A stretch of 54,925 bases of DNA from Chloroflexota bacterium (GTDB lineage Bacteria; Chloroflexota; Dehalococcoidia; Lucifugimonadales; VXLM01): assembly GCA_026713145.1 (NCBI GenBank), contig JAPOPA010000333.1:1-54925 (forward strand), read 5' to 3'. The notes below the pieces were generated by a model, which saw nothing but the letters and a program-made list of their open reading frames with translations, had not been told where the DNA came from and did no database searches. Shown one piece after another: positions 10,184 to 18,474 of this stretch. How positions within the stretch are numbered: position 1 is the first letter of the stretch; every line of letters starts with the position of its first letter. Both the position numbers and the translations under genes were made by a program.

Positions 10184-10711
10184 ATGATGGCAGTGATTCT
10201 CAATACCCCGGTTCTGGTGCTGAACCAAAACTACCAGCCGCTCAACATCTGCAACGTACGGCGGGCGATGGTACTGCTGGGTGTAGGCAAGGCTGAATTA
10301 CTTGCCAATGGAAGAGGCGACATTCATACGATTCGAGAATCTTTCACAATCCCGTCCGTCATCAGGCTGTATTACATGGTGAAAAAGCCTGTGATGCAGC
10401 GCAAACTCTCCCGAAGGGCGATCTTTCACCGAGACGGGTTTGCTTGTCAGTACTGTGGAACGCAAGGGAAGAGTCTAACAATCGACCACATCGTTCCTAG
10501 GTCTAGGAATGGTCAGCACACTTGGGACAATGTGGTGACGGCGTGCATCCCTTGCAACCATAGAAAGGCCGGACGCACTCCTGCGGAGGCAACCATGAGG
10601 TTGGCCCGACAACCGAAGGCGCCTCGCCCGGATCCCTACGCGCTCTTCCATCACCGGAACATCATGGAAGAATGGCAACCGTTCATCCCTTGGGTAAGCC
10701 AAGCTGTATAG
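10184..10711 (+). CDS. HNH endonuclease family protein
   Basis: CQYCG...DHIVPRSRNGQHTWDNVVTACIPCNHRK, a complete HNH/zinc-finger motif. Confidence 0.85.
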   Translation: MMAVILNTPVLVLNQNYQPLNICNVRRAMVLLGVGKAELLANGRGDIHTIRESFTIPSVIRLYYMVKKPVMQRKLSRRAIFHRDGFACQYCGTQGKSLTIDHIVPRSRNGQHTWDNVVTACIPCNHRKAGRTPAEATMRLARQPKAPRPDPYALFHHRNIMEEWQPFIPWVSQAV

Positions 10712-10741
10712 ACCGGGCGGACCCGTTGCAACGGGCGTGGC

Positions 10742-11392
10742 CTAGTTATACATGCTGCGTACGACGCCTACGACCTTTCCCTTGACCTGAACCTTGTCAG
10801 CGGGCACGATGATCGGGTCGATCAGGGCATTGGCGGGCTGAAGAGTTACGGTGCCGTTCTGCATGAAGAAGTGCTTGAGGGTCACCTCATCTCCGTTAAT
10901 CTCAGCAGCAACCATTTCGCCGTTTCGTGCGTCGACAGCGGGCTCCATGACGACCAGGTCGCCGTCGGCTACCAAGGCATCGATCATCGACTCGCCCTTG
11001 ACCCGCACGGCAAACACCTCGGGATTCCCGCGCGTCAAGAATGAGGGAAGGTCGACAACCTCGTCCGCGTCACTCCTCGCCGCCGCACCGGGTATATGTA
11101 AAGGCTGACCCGCCGCGATGCTCCCGAACACCGGCACGCCCACGACGTTTTCGGATCTTGCTTCACGGCCTGAGGAGTCCTTGAGAAGCTCAATCCCCCG
11201 TGAGACTTCGGACCGTCGACGGATGTATCCTTCGCGCTGGAGAATCCGTAGGTTGTAGTCGACCACCGACGTCGAGCTGATCTCGCAGCCCCCCTGAATA
11301 TCACGAACCGTTGGGGGGAAGTGGTGGTCCTCCAGGAACCCTTGGATAAACTCGACAATAGCTTCCTGCTTCGTGGAGAGCTTCTTCTTCAT
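10742..11392 (-). CDS. lexA: LexA transcriptional repressor (S24 peptidase)
   Basis: Winged-helix N-terminus (FPPTVRDIQ..SSTSVVDYNLRILQREGYIRR), Ala-Gly cleavage site (IAAGQP), catalytic Ser (VKGESM) and Lys (VKGKVVGV). Confidence 0.95.
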   Translation of the reverse strand: MKKKLSTKQEAIVEFIQGFLEDHHFPPTVRDIQGGCEISSTSVVDYNLRILQREGYIRRRSEVSRGIELLKDSSGREARSENVVGVPVFGSIAAGQPLHIPGAAARSDADEVVDLPSFLTRGNPEVFAVRVKGESMIDALVADGDLVVMEPAVDARNGEMVAAEINGDEVTLKHFFMQNGTVTLQPANALIDPIIVPADKVQVKGKVVGVVRSMYN

Positions 11393-11429
11393 GTTCGGAC
11401 GTCACCTCGTGCAGTTTGGTACGTATAGC

Positions 11430-11454
11430 GTACTGATGTTCCGAACAAACGTAG
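11430..11454 (-). promoter_or_regulatory. candidate LexA operator (two adjacent Cheo-box-like half-palindromes)
   Basis: Minus strand reads GAAC-ATCA-GTAC (11441..11430). Plus strand reads GAAC-AAAC-GTAG (11443..11454). Both lie 40-60 nt upstream of the lexA ATG. Each deviates from GAAC-N4-GTTC by 1-2 positions. Confidence 0.3.
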
Positions 11455-11503
11455 CACACAGACGAGGGTGTGTCAACACTTATGCAGGAGGTAAGAAAAG
11501 TGC

Positions 11504-11758
11504 CTAGGCTTTTGCGGTGTTCAGTCGACGTAGGAGCCGGGACTTGCGGCGCGCAGCGTTGCGCTTGTGTACGGCCCCCTTCTGAGCAGCCTTGTCGAGC
11601 GCCACGATGGCCTGCATCGTGGCGGCCTCTGCCGCTTCCATATCCTCCGAGGCGATCGAAATGCGGGCCTTACGGACGAATGTCTTCGCTCTGGAACGAA
11701 TGGGGCGCTTTCGCTGAAGCTTACGCTCAGCGACACGCTGTGATCTTGCTGCTGGCAC
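11504..11758 (-). CDS. rpsT: 30S ribosomal protein S20
   Basis: 84-aa basic protein: SQRVAERKLQRKRPIRSRAKTFVRKA...HKRNAARRKSRL is a typical S20. Confidence 0.95.
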   Translation of the reverse strand: MPAARSQRVAERKLQRKRPIRSRAKTFVRKARISIASEDMEAAEAATMQAIVALDKAAQKGAVHKRNAARRKSRLLRRLNTAKA

Positions 11759-11877
11759 CTGCTTGAGTCTCCCTGTGGTCTTACTGGGTACTGGGGCACC
11801 AAACCCCGTACGGTCTCATAGGATACCACCCTTACCCCGTATGAGAACGGTTTAGCCTGGCTGATTCTCATCAGTTC

Positions 11878-12240
11878 CTAGATGCCGAAGGAGGTCCCGC
11901 ACCCGCACGTTGTCTTGGCATTTGGGTTGTCGAAGACGAAGCCTTTTCCGTTCAGGCCTCCGGAGTAGCCGAGGGTAGTACCGGCGAGAAAAATGTAGGA
12001 CTTGCGATCCACGTACAGCTGCAATCCATGCTCGCTGATGACCTTGTCGTCATCACGCGGCTCGTCTACGAGGTCAAGCATGTACGTAAGGCCGGAACAT
12101 CCTCCGCCCTTGACTGATACACGGAGATTCGCGTCCGGTTTGCCGGATTGTTCGGCAAATGCGCGGACATGCTCGACGGCAGCCTCGTCTATATGGATCG
12201 TCAACGGAGCAGGGGTCTGTCTAGTAGCGGTGACGGCCAT
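11878..12240 (-). CDS. iron-sulfur cluster insertion/assembly protein (IscA/ErpA/HesB family)
   Basis: VKGGGCSGLTY and C-terminal CGCGTSFGI motifs. Start moved to the ATG at 12240, preceded by GGAGG; the upstream 36 codons of the track ORF look non-coding. Confidence 0.9.
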   Translation of the reverse strand: MAVTATRQTPAPLTIHIDEAAVEHVRAFAEQSGKPDANLRVSVKGGGCSGLTYMLDLVDEPRDDDKVISEHGLQLYVDRKSYIFLAGTTLGYSGGLNGKGFVFDNPNAKTTCGCGTSFGI

Positions 12241-12501
12241 GCCGACACGCCTCCTCTGATAATCTATGTGCGTCCTCGCATTGTACGGAGTCCGGGAGGA
12301 GATAGTCAATGAGGTCACGAGTTGGAAGACACCGCCCGTCAAGAGCAATAGACACCACCTTTTGAGTTACCCCCTTCCGTAGACCCAACATTTAGTATAT
12401 CCTCGTTCTGTAGGTCGGCGTTATCCAGCAAATTCTGGAAATCTGCCCTCTGACTCAAGAATTTCAATGCAATTCCCCTACTCGTCAAGTACAAAGTGTG
12501 G

Positions 12502-12530
12502 TTGACCGAATAAACTTTGGATAGTATTCT
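12502..12530 (+). promoter_or_regulatory. candidate sigma70-type promoter of the collagen-like gene
   Basis: TTGACC (12502-12507), 17-nt spacer, TATTCT (12525-12530), in an AT-richer intergenic stretch. AAGGAG RBS lies before the ATG at 12589. Confidence 0.35.
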
Positions 12531-12588
12531 ACCTGCGACGCTTTAGAACTCGTATTGTGCTTGGTAGATCAACAGAAGGAGAAGCTAA

Positions 12589-13818
12589 ATGTCTAGAGGT
12601 TTTGTTCGCAGACGTTTCGGCATCGCGGCCTTTATGGTCATGATCGTTACTGTCTTGCTTGCTTCTGCCTGTGCCGGCGACACCGGTCCTCAGGGAGAGC
12701 GGGGCCCCGCAGGGGAGAGAGGGTCGGCAGGTGCCAATGGTGCACAAGGCCCGCAGGGCTCGCAAGGAGAGACAGGCCCGCAAGGAGCGACGGGACCTCA
12801 AGGCCCCGCAGGACCTCGGGGCCCGCAGGGTGCCACTGGTCCCCAAGGCTTGACGGGGCCGGCTGGCGCGCGTGGCCCGATAGGGCTGGAGGGCGCACCG
12901 GGAATTCCTGGACCACAGGGACCTCAGGGTGAGCGGGGCGCCACGGGCGCCACGGGTCCGCAGGGTTCTCAAGGCCCTCAGGGTGAGCCGGGCGAGCAGG
13001 GCCCACAGGGCGATCCGGGTGGACCGCAAGGGCCTCAAGGTGAACAGGGCCCAGAGGGCCCACAGGGCGAGAAGGGCGACACCGGTGATACCGGCCCACA
13101 GGGCGAGCAGGGTGACCCTGGCGATCCGGGAGGACCTCAAGGTCCTCCGGGACCACAAGGTCCGGTTGGACCTCAGGGGCCCATTGGCCAGCGCGGCATA
13201 AAGGGTGATACCGGACCGCAAGGTGCCGCTGGCCCCACGGGCGAACGAGGACCACAGGGCACTGCCGGCGAGCAGGGACCGCAGGGTCCTCAAGGCGCAC
13301 AGGGAGCTCAGGGCCCACAAGGCGAGACTGGTCCGCTGGGACCGGAAGGCCAACGTGGCCCACAGGGAGCTCAAGGCCCGGAGGGAGCTCAGGGGCCGCA
13401 GGGAGAGCCTGGCCCGCAAGGACAGGAAGGCCAGCAGGGTCCGCAAGGTCCTGCCGGTCAGCGCGGTCCTGTAGGACAGCAAGGCGAGGCCGGACCGCAC
13501 GGCCCGCAGGGCGAAAAGGGCGACCCCGGAGTCAGCGGCCTTCAGATCGTGACGAAGGACAGCGAGCTGGATAGCGACAATAAGTCGGTAACGGTGCTCT
13601 GTGAAGAATCCGGTTCGGAACTGACTGCAATAGCCGGCGGCGGATTGGTTACCTTGTCTAACGGTGCTGTTGCCTCTGGCGTTGCTATCGCAGGTTCCCG
13701 CCCGACTGGACTGGCAGGTGAGACTCCAGGTGGATGGGTCGCCAACGCGACCGAAGTGGGTGACAATGCCTCGAGCTGGAAACTCACCGTCTACGCCGTC
13801 TGCGCTATCGTCCACTAA
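12589..13818 (+). CDS. bacterial collagen-like (Gly-X-Y triple-helix repeat) surface/lipo-protein
   Basis: N-terminal signal/anchor ([19 protein letters not shown]), then about 95 G-X-Y triplets rich in GPQ/GER/GEQ, then a 92-aa non-collagenous C-terminal domain with two Cys. Confidence 0.85.
   Translation: MSRGFVRRRFGIAAFMVMIVTVLLASACAGDTGPQGERGPAGERGSAGANGAQGPQGSQGETGPQGATGPQGPAGPRGPQGATGPQGLTGPAGARGPIGLEGAPGIPGPQGPQGERGATGATGPQGSQGPQGEPGEQGPQGDPGGPQGPQGEQGPEGPQGEKGDTGDTGPQGEQGDPGDPGGPQGPPGPQGPVGPQGPIGQRGIKGDTGPQGAAGPTGERGPQGTAGEQGPQGPQGAQGAQGPQGETGPLGPEGQRGPQGAQGPEGAQGPQGEPGPQGQEGQQGPQGPAGQRGPVGQQGEAGPHGPQGEKGDPGVSGLQIVTKDSELDSDNKSVTVLCEESGSELTAIAGGGLVTLSNGAVASGVAIAGSRPTGLAGETPGGWVANATEVGDNASSWKLTVYAVCAIVH
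12676..13539 (+). repeat. coding Gly-X-Y triplet repeat (9-nt periodic GGN-NNN-NNN)
   Basis: Continuous G-X-Y from G30 to G317 of the protein. It is broken twice by a single extra Gly, both times in the context GDP-G-GPQ. Confidence 0.9.
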
Positions 13819-13835
13819 GATTCGGGAAAGGACAA

Positions 13836-13871
13836 AACAGGCGCGAGACCATAACGGCTCTCGCGCCTGTT
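13836..13871 (+). terminator. stem-loop downstream of the collagen-like gene
   Basis: Perfect 13-bp stem AACAGGCGCGAGA / TCTCGCGCCTGTT with a 10-nt loop, 18 nt after the stop. Only a short T run follows. Confidence 0.5.
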
Positions 13872-14060
13872 TAGCCGTCCTGAAGAATTGCGCTTCGGAT
13901 TGTAGACTCTGTCTATTTTCGGGCCACTTCCACGGGGCAAACGTTCATCCAAGTAGAGCCACACCGTAGTCCCTGCAGCCTAAACGGCTTCAGGGACTTG
14001 GTATACTTAAAGCCAGGTACAGGATCCACGCCAGAGTCATTCTCCTAGGGGCTGGCCGCT

Positions 14061-14825
14061 ATGGCGGACACCATTGACTTGAACTGCGATATGGGCGAGA
14101 GCTTCGGAATGTACAAGATGGGTCTCGACGAAGAGGTCATCAAGTACATAAGCTCCGCAAACGTCGCGTGCGGGTTCCACGCCGGCGACCCGCAATGGAT
14201 GCGTGAAACCGTTCGGCTGGCTGAGGATCACGGCGTAGCCGTCGGTGCCCATACCAGCTTCCCGGATCTCGTAGGCTTTGGTCGACGTAACATCGAGGTC
14301 TCCCCCCAAGAAGCCAAGAACGATGTTATCTACCAGATCGGAGCACTCCAAGCTTTCACGTCTGGGCATCGCCTTCAGCACGTCAAACCACACGGTGCGA
14401 TGTACAACCGCGCTGTAGTTGATGAGGATCTGGCGCGTTCCATTTGCGAGGCGATCCTTGAAGTAGACTCCAATCTCATTCTGATAGCCCTCGCCGGTTC
14501 GAGGTGGGTCGATATTGCTCAAGACATGGGCCTTCGCGTGGCTAGCGAGATATTCGCCGACCGTGCCCTCAACCCCGATGGCACTCTCGTCTCACGCTCG
14601 AAAGAAGGCAGCGTGCTTCACGATGTCGACGAAGTGGCCGACCGCAGCTTACAGATGGTACGGGAGGGCAAGGCAACGGCAGTAAACGGCGATACCATCG
14701 AGGTCCAGGCCGACAGCCTGTGCATCCACGGTGATACTCCGGGCGCCGTCGAGATGGCAAGAGCCCTACGCCAGCGGCTTGATTCCGAGTCCGTCGCCGT
14801 TACACCCTTGTCGCAGCTCGTATAG
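14061..14825 (+). CDS. pxpA: 5-oxoprolinase subunit A (LamB/YcsF family)
   Basis: N-terminus IDLNCDMGESFG ... ANVACGFHAGDP is typical of LamB/YcsF (PxpA). Confidence 0.9.
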   Translation: MADTIDLNCDMGESFGMYKMGLDEEVIKYISSANVACGFHAGDPQWMRETVRLAEDHGVAVGAHTSFPDLVGFGRRNIEVSPQEAKNDVIYQIGALQAFTSGHRLQHVKPHGAMYNRAVVDEDLARSICEAILEVDSNLILIALAGSRWVDIAQDMGLRVASEIFADRALNPDGTLVSRSKEGSVLHDVDEVADRSLQMVREGKATAVNGDTIEVQADSLCIHGDTPGAVEMARALRQRLDSESVAVTPLSQLV

Positions 14826-14834
14826 AATCACTCT

Positions 14835-15566
14835 ATGTACGAAGCGCCGAAATTCCTTGCCGCCGGCGACAGGGCTATTGTCATAGAACTGGGAGACGAG
14901 ATTAGCATCGAGTGCAACCGTCGCGTTCACTCCCTTCATAGGGCCATCGCCCGTGAGGCATTCCCCGGAATCGTCGATATCATCCCGACCTACCGGTCCC
15001 TTCTCGTCGAATACGACGCTGCACAGTTCACGTACACGGACATGAAGGAACGTCTAGTCGGCATTCGAGGCGGCGCTACCGAAGTGTCTCAGGACGCTTC
15101 GACCGTCGTCCACGTCCCCGTCCTGTACGGTGGAGAACATGGCCCCGACCTCGAATCTGTGGCCCGGAATGCCGGCGTGAGCACCGACGAGGTCATCGGC
15201 CTCCACTCCCGAATCGAATATCCAGTCTACATGATGGGATTCACTCCAGGATTTCCGTACCTTGGCGGAATGTCCGAGCGAATCGCCACTCCGAGGCACG
15301 CCACTCCGAGAGGGGTCATCCCCGCTGGGTCTGTCGGGATCGCCGAGGCACAGACGGGCGTTTATCCCATCGAGAGTCCCGGCGGGTGGCAACTAATCGG
15401 ACGTACCCCTCTGCGACTATTCGATGTCTCGAGGACTCCTCCCTCACTAATCGATGCCGGTGACTTCGTTCGCTTTGTGCCACTGTCCGACGAGGGTGAA
15501 TACCGACACATTGAGCAGCAGGTTGCATCGGGCGAGTACAAAGTCACGAAATCGATCAAGGCATGA
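14835..15566 (+). CDS. pxpB: 5-oxoprolinase subunit B (KipI / allophanate hydrolase subunit 1 family)
   Basis: AGDRAIVIELG..., GFTPGFPYLGG, GSVGIAEAQTGVYPIESPGGWQLIGRTP motifs of the cyclophilin-like KipI family. Lies between pxpA and pxpC. Confidence 0.85.
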   Translation: MYEAPKFLAAGDRAIVIELGDEISIECNRRVHSLHRAIAREAFPGIVDIIPTYRSLLVEYDAAQFTYTDMKERLVGIRGGATEVSQDASTVVHVPVLYGGEHGPDLESVARNAGVSTDEVIGLHSRIEYPVYMMGFTPGFPYLGGMSERIATPRHATPRGVIPAGSVGIAEAQTGVYPIESPGGWQLIGRTPLRLFDVSRTPPSLIDAGDFVRFVPLSDEGEYRHIEQQVASGEYKVTKSIKA

Positions 15567-16693
15567 CCGTGACCACCCTGGAAATTCTTGACCCAGGCCT
15601 CCTCACCACGGTCCAAGACCGTGGACGCTACGGCTACCAACGCTATGGTGTGCCCGTTTCCGGCGCAATGGACCAGTTTGCCCTGCGCATGGCGAACCTC
15701 ATGGCTGGCAACGACCAGGACGCCGCCGCGCTAGAGGTTACCGTTCGGGGCCCCAGGATCGAGTTCCTGGCCTCGACCTGGATCGCCGTCACGGGCGCCG
15801 ACATCTCCCCTGAGGTCGATGGGCAGCCATTGCCTATGTGGGAGTCGGTCGAAATCACAGAAGGAAGTGTCCTGGCGTTCGGTGACCTCCGTGACGGAAT
15901 GCGGGCATACGTCGCCGTTCGGGGCGGCATAGACGTGCCCATGGTAATGGGAAGCCGCTCGACCTATCTGAAGGGCGGCTTTGGCGGCCTGGATGGCCGT
16001 GCGCTCCAAGTAGGTGACAGCTTGTCTACTTTGCCCACCAAACCGGACGCTCTCATACCAAAGCAGCTGCCGAGAGACTACACGGGCCCAGTCTATGGGG
16101 GAATCCATCGCCTGCGTGTCGTCCTGGGGCCGCAGGATCACGCATTCGACTCAAACGCTCTGTCGAAGTTCCTGACATCTCGATTCCGGGTACATGCAGA
16201 CTCCGATCGAATGGGCTACATGCTCGATGGCCCGAAGCTAGACCATCTGGAGGGAGCCGACATTGTATCGGACGGCAACCCGCCCGGGGCTGTTCAAATT
16301 CACGGCGACGGTATGCCCCGTGTCCTCCTGGCAGACAGAGGCACTACGGGAGGCTATACCAAGATTGCGACGGTTATCTCCGCCGATCTACCCAATCTTG
16401 CTCAGGCCCTGCCCGGCCAAAGCGTCAGCTTTCGCCAGGTAACAGTCGAAGAGTCCCAGGATGCCTTGCAGGAACAGGAGTCCGTCATCCGATCAGTAGC
16501 CCGTCAAGGCCAGCTTCCCGTAATGTCGATCTCGCTCGACGATGTCGTCTTCGCGGTGGAGTCAGAAGACGGACATCCGATCACTCAACCCGTGCCCATT
16601 GCCGGCCCCTCCGAGGAAGTCGTTCGGAGTATCGGCGTGAACATTGACGGCGAGACCTACGACTTTCGCTTGAACGTCGAAAGGGAATCGTAG
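15563..16693 (+). CDS. pxpC: 5-oxoprolinase subunit C (KipA / allophanate hydrolase subunit 2 family) with a C-terminal extension
   Basis: LEILDPGLLTTVQDRGRYGYQRYGVPVSGAMD N-terminus is typical of KipA/PxpC. ATGA overlap with pxpB. About 50 extra C-terminal residues. Confidence 0.85.
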   Translation: MTVTTLEILDPGLLTTVQDRGRYGYQRYGVPVSGAMDQFALRMANLMAGNDQDAAALEVTVRGPRIEFLASTWIAVTGADISPEVDGQPLPMWESVEITEGSVLAFGDLRDGMRAYVAVRGGIDVPMVMGSRSTYLKGGFGGLDGRALQVGDSLSTLPTKPDALIPKQLPRDYTGPVYGGIHRLRVVLGPQDHAFDSNALSKFLTSRFRVHADSDRMGYMLDGPKLDHLEGADIVSDGNPPGAVQIHGDGMPRVLLADRGTTGGYTKIATVISADLPNLAQALPGQSVSFRQVTVEESQDALQEQESVIRSVARQGQLPVMSISLDDVVFAVESEDGHPITQPVPIAGPSEEVVRSIGVNIDGETYDFRLNVERES

Positions 16694-16704
16694 CCGCCTA
16701 TTCG

Positions 16705-17310
16705 ATGAGAGAGCTCCTCCACGACCTCTCCGACTGGCTCCTCGGATTCGCGGATAGCGACTGGGCCATTGTCGTTCTGCTTGTCAGCTCTTTCGCCGAG
16801 TCGATTTTCTTCCCCATACCTCCCGACCCATTACTTCTGGCCGTGGCTATTGTCCAGCAGCCGATCGCGGCCCTGCTCGGGGTGCTCGTTGCCGTTGCAT
16901 CGGTCGCCGGCGCGGTCGTGGGCCACGCGCTCGGCATGCGGCTTGGAAGACCCATCCTTGCAAAGATGTTTAGCGAGAGTCGGGTGGCATATGTCGATCG
17001 ACTCTTCGAGCGATTCGGCGTCTGGGCCATCCTCATCGCGGCCTTCACCCCCGTGCCATACAAGGTGTTCGCTATCGCGGCGGGCGTGTGGCGCATGGAC
17101 AGGCGCAAGTTCGTCATTGCCTCGGCCATTGGACGTGGTGCTAGATTTGGAACGATTGGCGTCTTGGTCTTTCTGTTGGGTGAAGAGATCGAAAAGTTCC
17201 TGACCGAGAACTTCGAGCTGTTGACCATCGGAGTATCGGTTGCGGCTGTCGCCCTGGGTGCCGGATGGTACCTATTCCATCGCCGTCGACGTCGGCAGTC
17301 TAAAGAATAG
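16705..17310 (+). CDS. YqaA/DedA-type (VTT/SNARE-associated domain) membrane protein
   Basis: ESIFFPIPPDPLLLAVAI motif and FTPVPYKVFAIAAG, as I recall for YqaA-like proteins. Polytopic. Confidence 0.75.
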   Translation: MRELLHDLSDWLLGFADSDWAIVVLLVSSFAESIFFPIPPDPLLLAVAIVQQPIAALLGVLVAVASVAGAVVGHALGMRLGRPILAKMFSESRVAYVDRLFERFGVWAILIAAFTPVPYKVFAIAAGVWRMDRRKFVIASAIGRGARFGTIGVLVFLLGEEIEKFLTENFELLTIGVSVAAVALGAGWYLFHRRRRRQSKE

Positions 17311-17322
17311 ACGAACGGTGTC

Positions 17323-18474
17323 TCACTCGGCGGTTGTGTAAAGCTCAGTTTCCGGGTTCCAGTCCGTCCATGCGAACCAGAACGACAGATGAGACGGCAC
17401 TCGCTTCAGCTTCGTCCCGGCGAGAGGCCCTTCTGTTGCAACTCCGGTAAAGGCCTCCCACATTGTGCCGGTCTCACGGTCGCGGAGCATCGATCGAAGG
17501 CCGTCCTCTTCCCCGAAAGTCTCAAAGGTAAAGTGATGCTCGCCTACGCGGGACTCGTACATTACGCCCGTGCTTGAAATGCGATCGAAAACGACAACTA
17601 CGCTCACGCCTCCTACCTCGTCATTGACCACGCCCTGCTTGGCCAGGGTTCCAATGGGATAGGCTTTGGAAATGCCGGCCAAATTGACACCGACGACGAG
17701 CGCCTTGGTATGCAGCCTGTCGTCTTCGACGCGCTCGCCGATTACTCCGGGTTCGGAGCTCTCGTAGTAACCCTCATATCGGTCGCCTTGGTATCGGCCA
17801 CGCTTGTCGAGCACCAGCGTTTCGGGGTGAGCGGCCTTCCAGGCCTCCCAGGTCGTATGGATTAGCGGCGTCAAGTCAAGAGTCTTTCCGGCCAGTGAAC
17901 CCTCGACGCCCTTACCCAGAAACTGACTCCAGAGCGTATCGGTCTGGTGGTCGTACATGACGAGCGCGTTCATAATGAGCTTGCCCGACACGCCGAAGGT
18001 GTGCTCTTGTCCGTCGATGAGGCGGGAATAACCTATTCCCGAGTAGCACAGCGGTCACCAGGTGACGGCGACCGGCTCACCCCCCACCACATCGTTCACG
18101 ATTTCGTGGCGGCTCAGCATCGAGACGGGGTAGGCCTTGTGCTCCCCGCCGATTGAGACGCCAAGCACGCCTTCATCCGCCGTCATCCATCGGGCTGCCT
18201 CCATAGCCGAAACAAACTCCGGCTCAACGATCGCGGGAATGGCGTCCTTGCCCAGGAGGCGTACGATTTCGAACTCCCGGTCCCCTTCCACCCCGGGATC
18301 GTCAGGTATGGAGACCACCTCGCTGTCAAGTTCAGGCCCCCAAATCAGATACCGTGCGGCGGGAATGATCAGGAACGCCAGACCTATGATGAGGATGCTC
18401 AAGATGAATATTCTAGCTGGCATAACGTCCCAGTCCGGTAGGGTGATGTATGTATTGGATGATCCCTCGAGCAC
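17323..18474 (-). CDS. DUF3179-family membrane-anchored protein with one in-frame TGA (candidate selenocysteine, U-P-L-C motif); alternatively a nonsense pseudogene
   Basis: Track ORFs 18055..18474 and 17323..17991 share one frame (1152 nt = 384 codons). They are separated only by TGA at 18055-18057. Read-through gives ..GGEPVAVTW-U-PLCYSGIGYSRLIDGQEHTFGVSGKLIMNALVMYDHQTDTLWSQ.., the DUF3179 core as I recall it, with TGA at the first Cys of CPLC. Confidence 0.6.
18023..18041 (-). promoter_or_regulatory. candidate bacterial SECIS hairpin
   Basis: mRNA: UGA + 13 nt, then C-GGGAAUA-[GGU]-UAUUCCC-G, a perfect 8-bp stem. The apical GGU loop starts about 25 nt from the U of UGA. Confidence 0.5.

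Noticed and set aside
10722-10735. Palindrome CCCGTTGCAACGGG between the convergent HNH and lexA genes as a bidirectional terminator
   Set aside because: It offers only a 5-bp stem with a tetraloop (or a loop-less 7-bp palindrome) and no T or A tracts. That is too weak to call.
12241-12348. 36-codon N-terminal extension of the IscA/ErpA-like ORF
   Set aside because: The internal ATG at 12240 has a GGAGG RBS and yields the normal family length of about 120 aa. The extension has no resemblance to the family.
12529-13815. 428-aa ORF antisense to the collagen-like gene (Leu/Arg/Ala/Ser-rich), plus other-frame ORFs 12647..13363 and 12929..13474
   Set aside because: These are shadow ORFs created by the GGN-CCN-CAG periodicity. 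The antisense of a stop-poor triplet repeat is automatically open. The sense frame has a signal peptide, RBS, promoter-like box and terminator; the antisense has none.
12349-13871. Collagen-like gene as part of a mobile or horizontally acquired island (AT-richer flank, isolated transcription unit)
   Set aside because: There is no integrase, transposase, tRNA target or flanking direct repeats in the neighbourhood. Codon usage of the non-repeat C-terminal domain looks like the rest of the window.
18055-18057. Genome-wide TGA reassignment (Trp or Gly codes) as the explanation for the in-frame TGA in the DUF3179 gene
   Set aside because: TGA serves as a genuine stop at conserved C-termini elsewhere in the window (e.g. 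rpmC, rpsQ and rplX, with ATGA/GTGA coupling overlaps, and radC). A global recoding is therefore unlikely. Site-specific Sec or a pseudogene remain the two live options.
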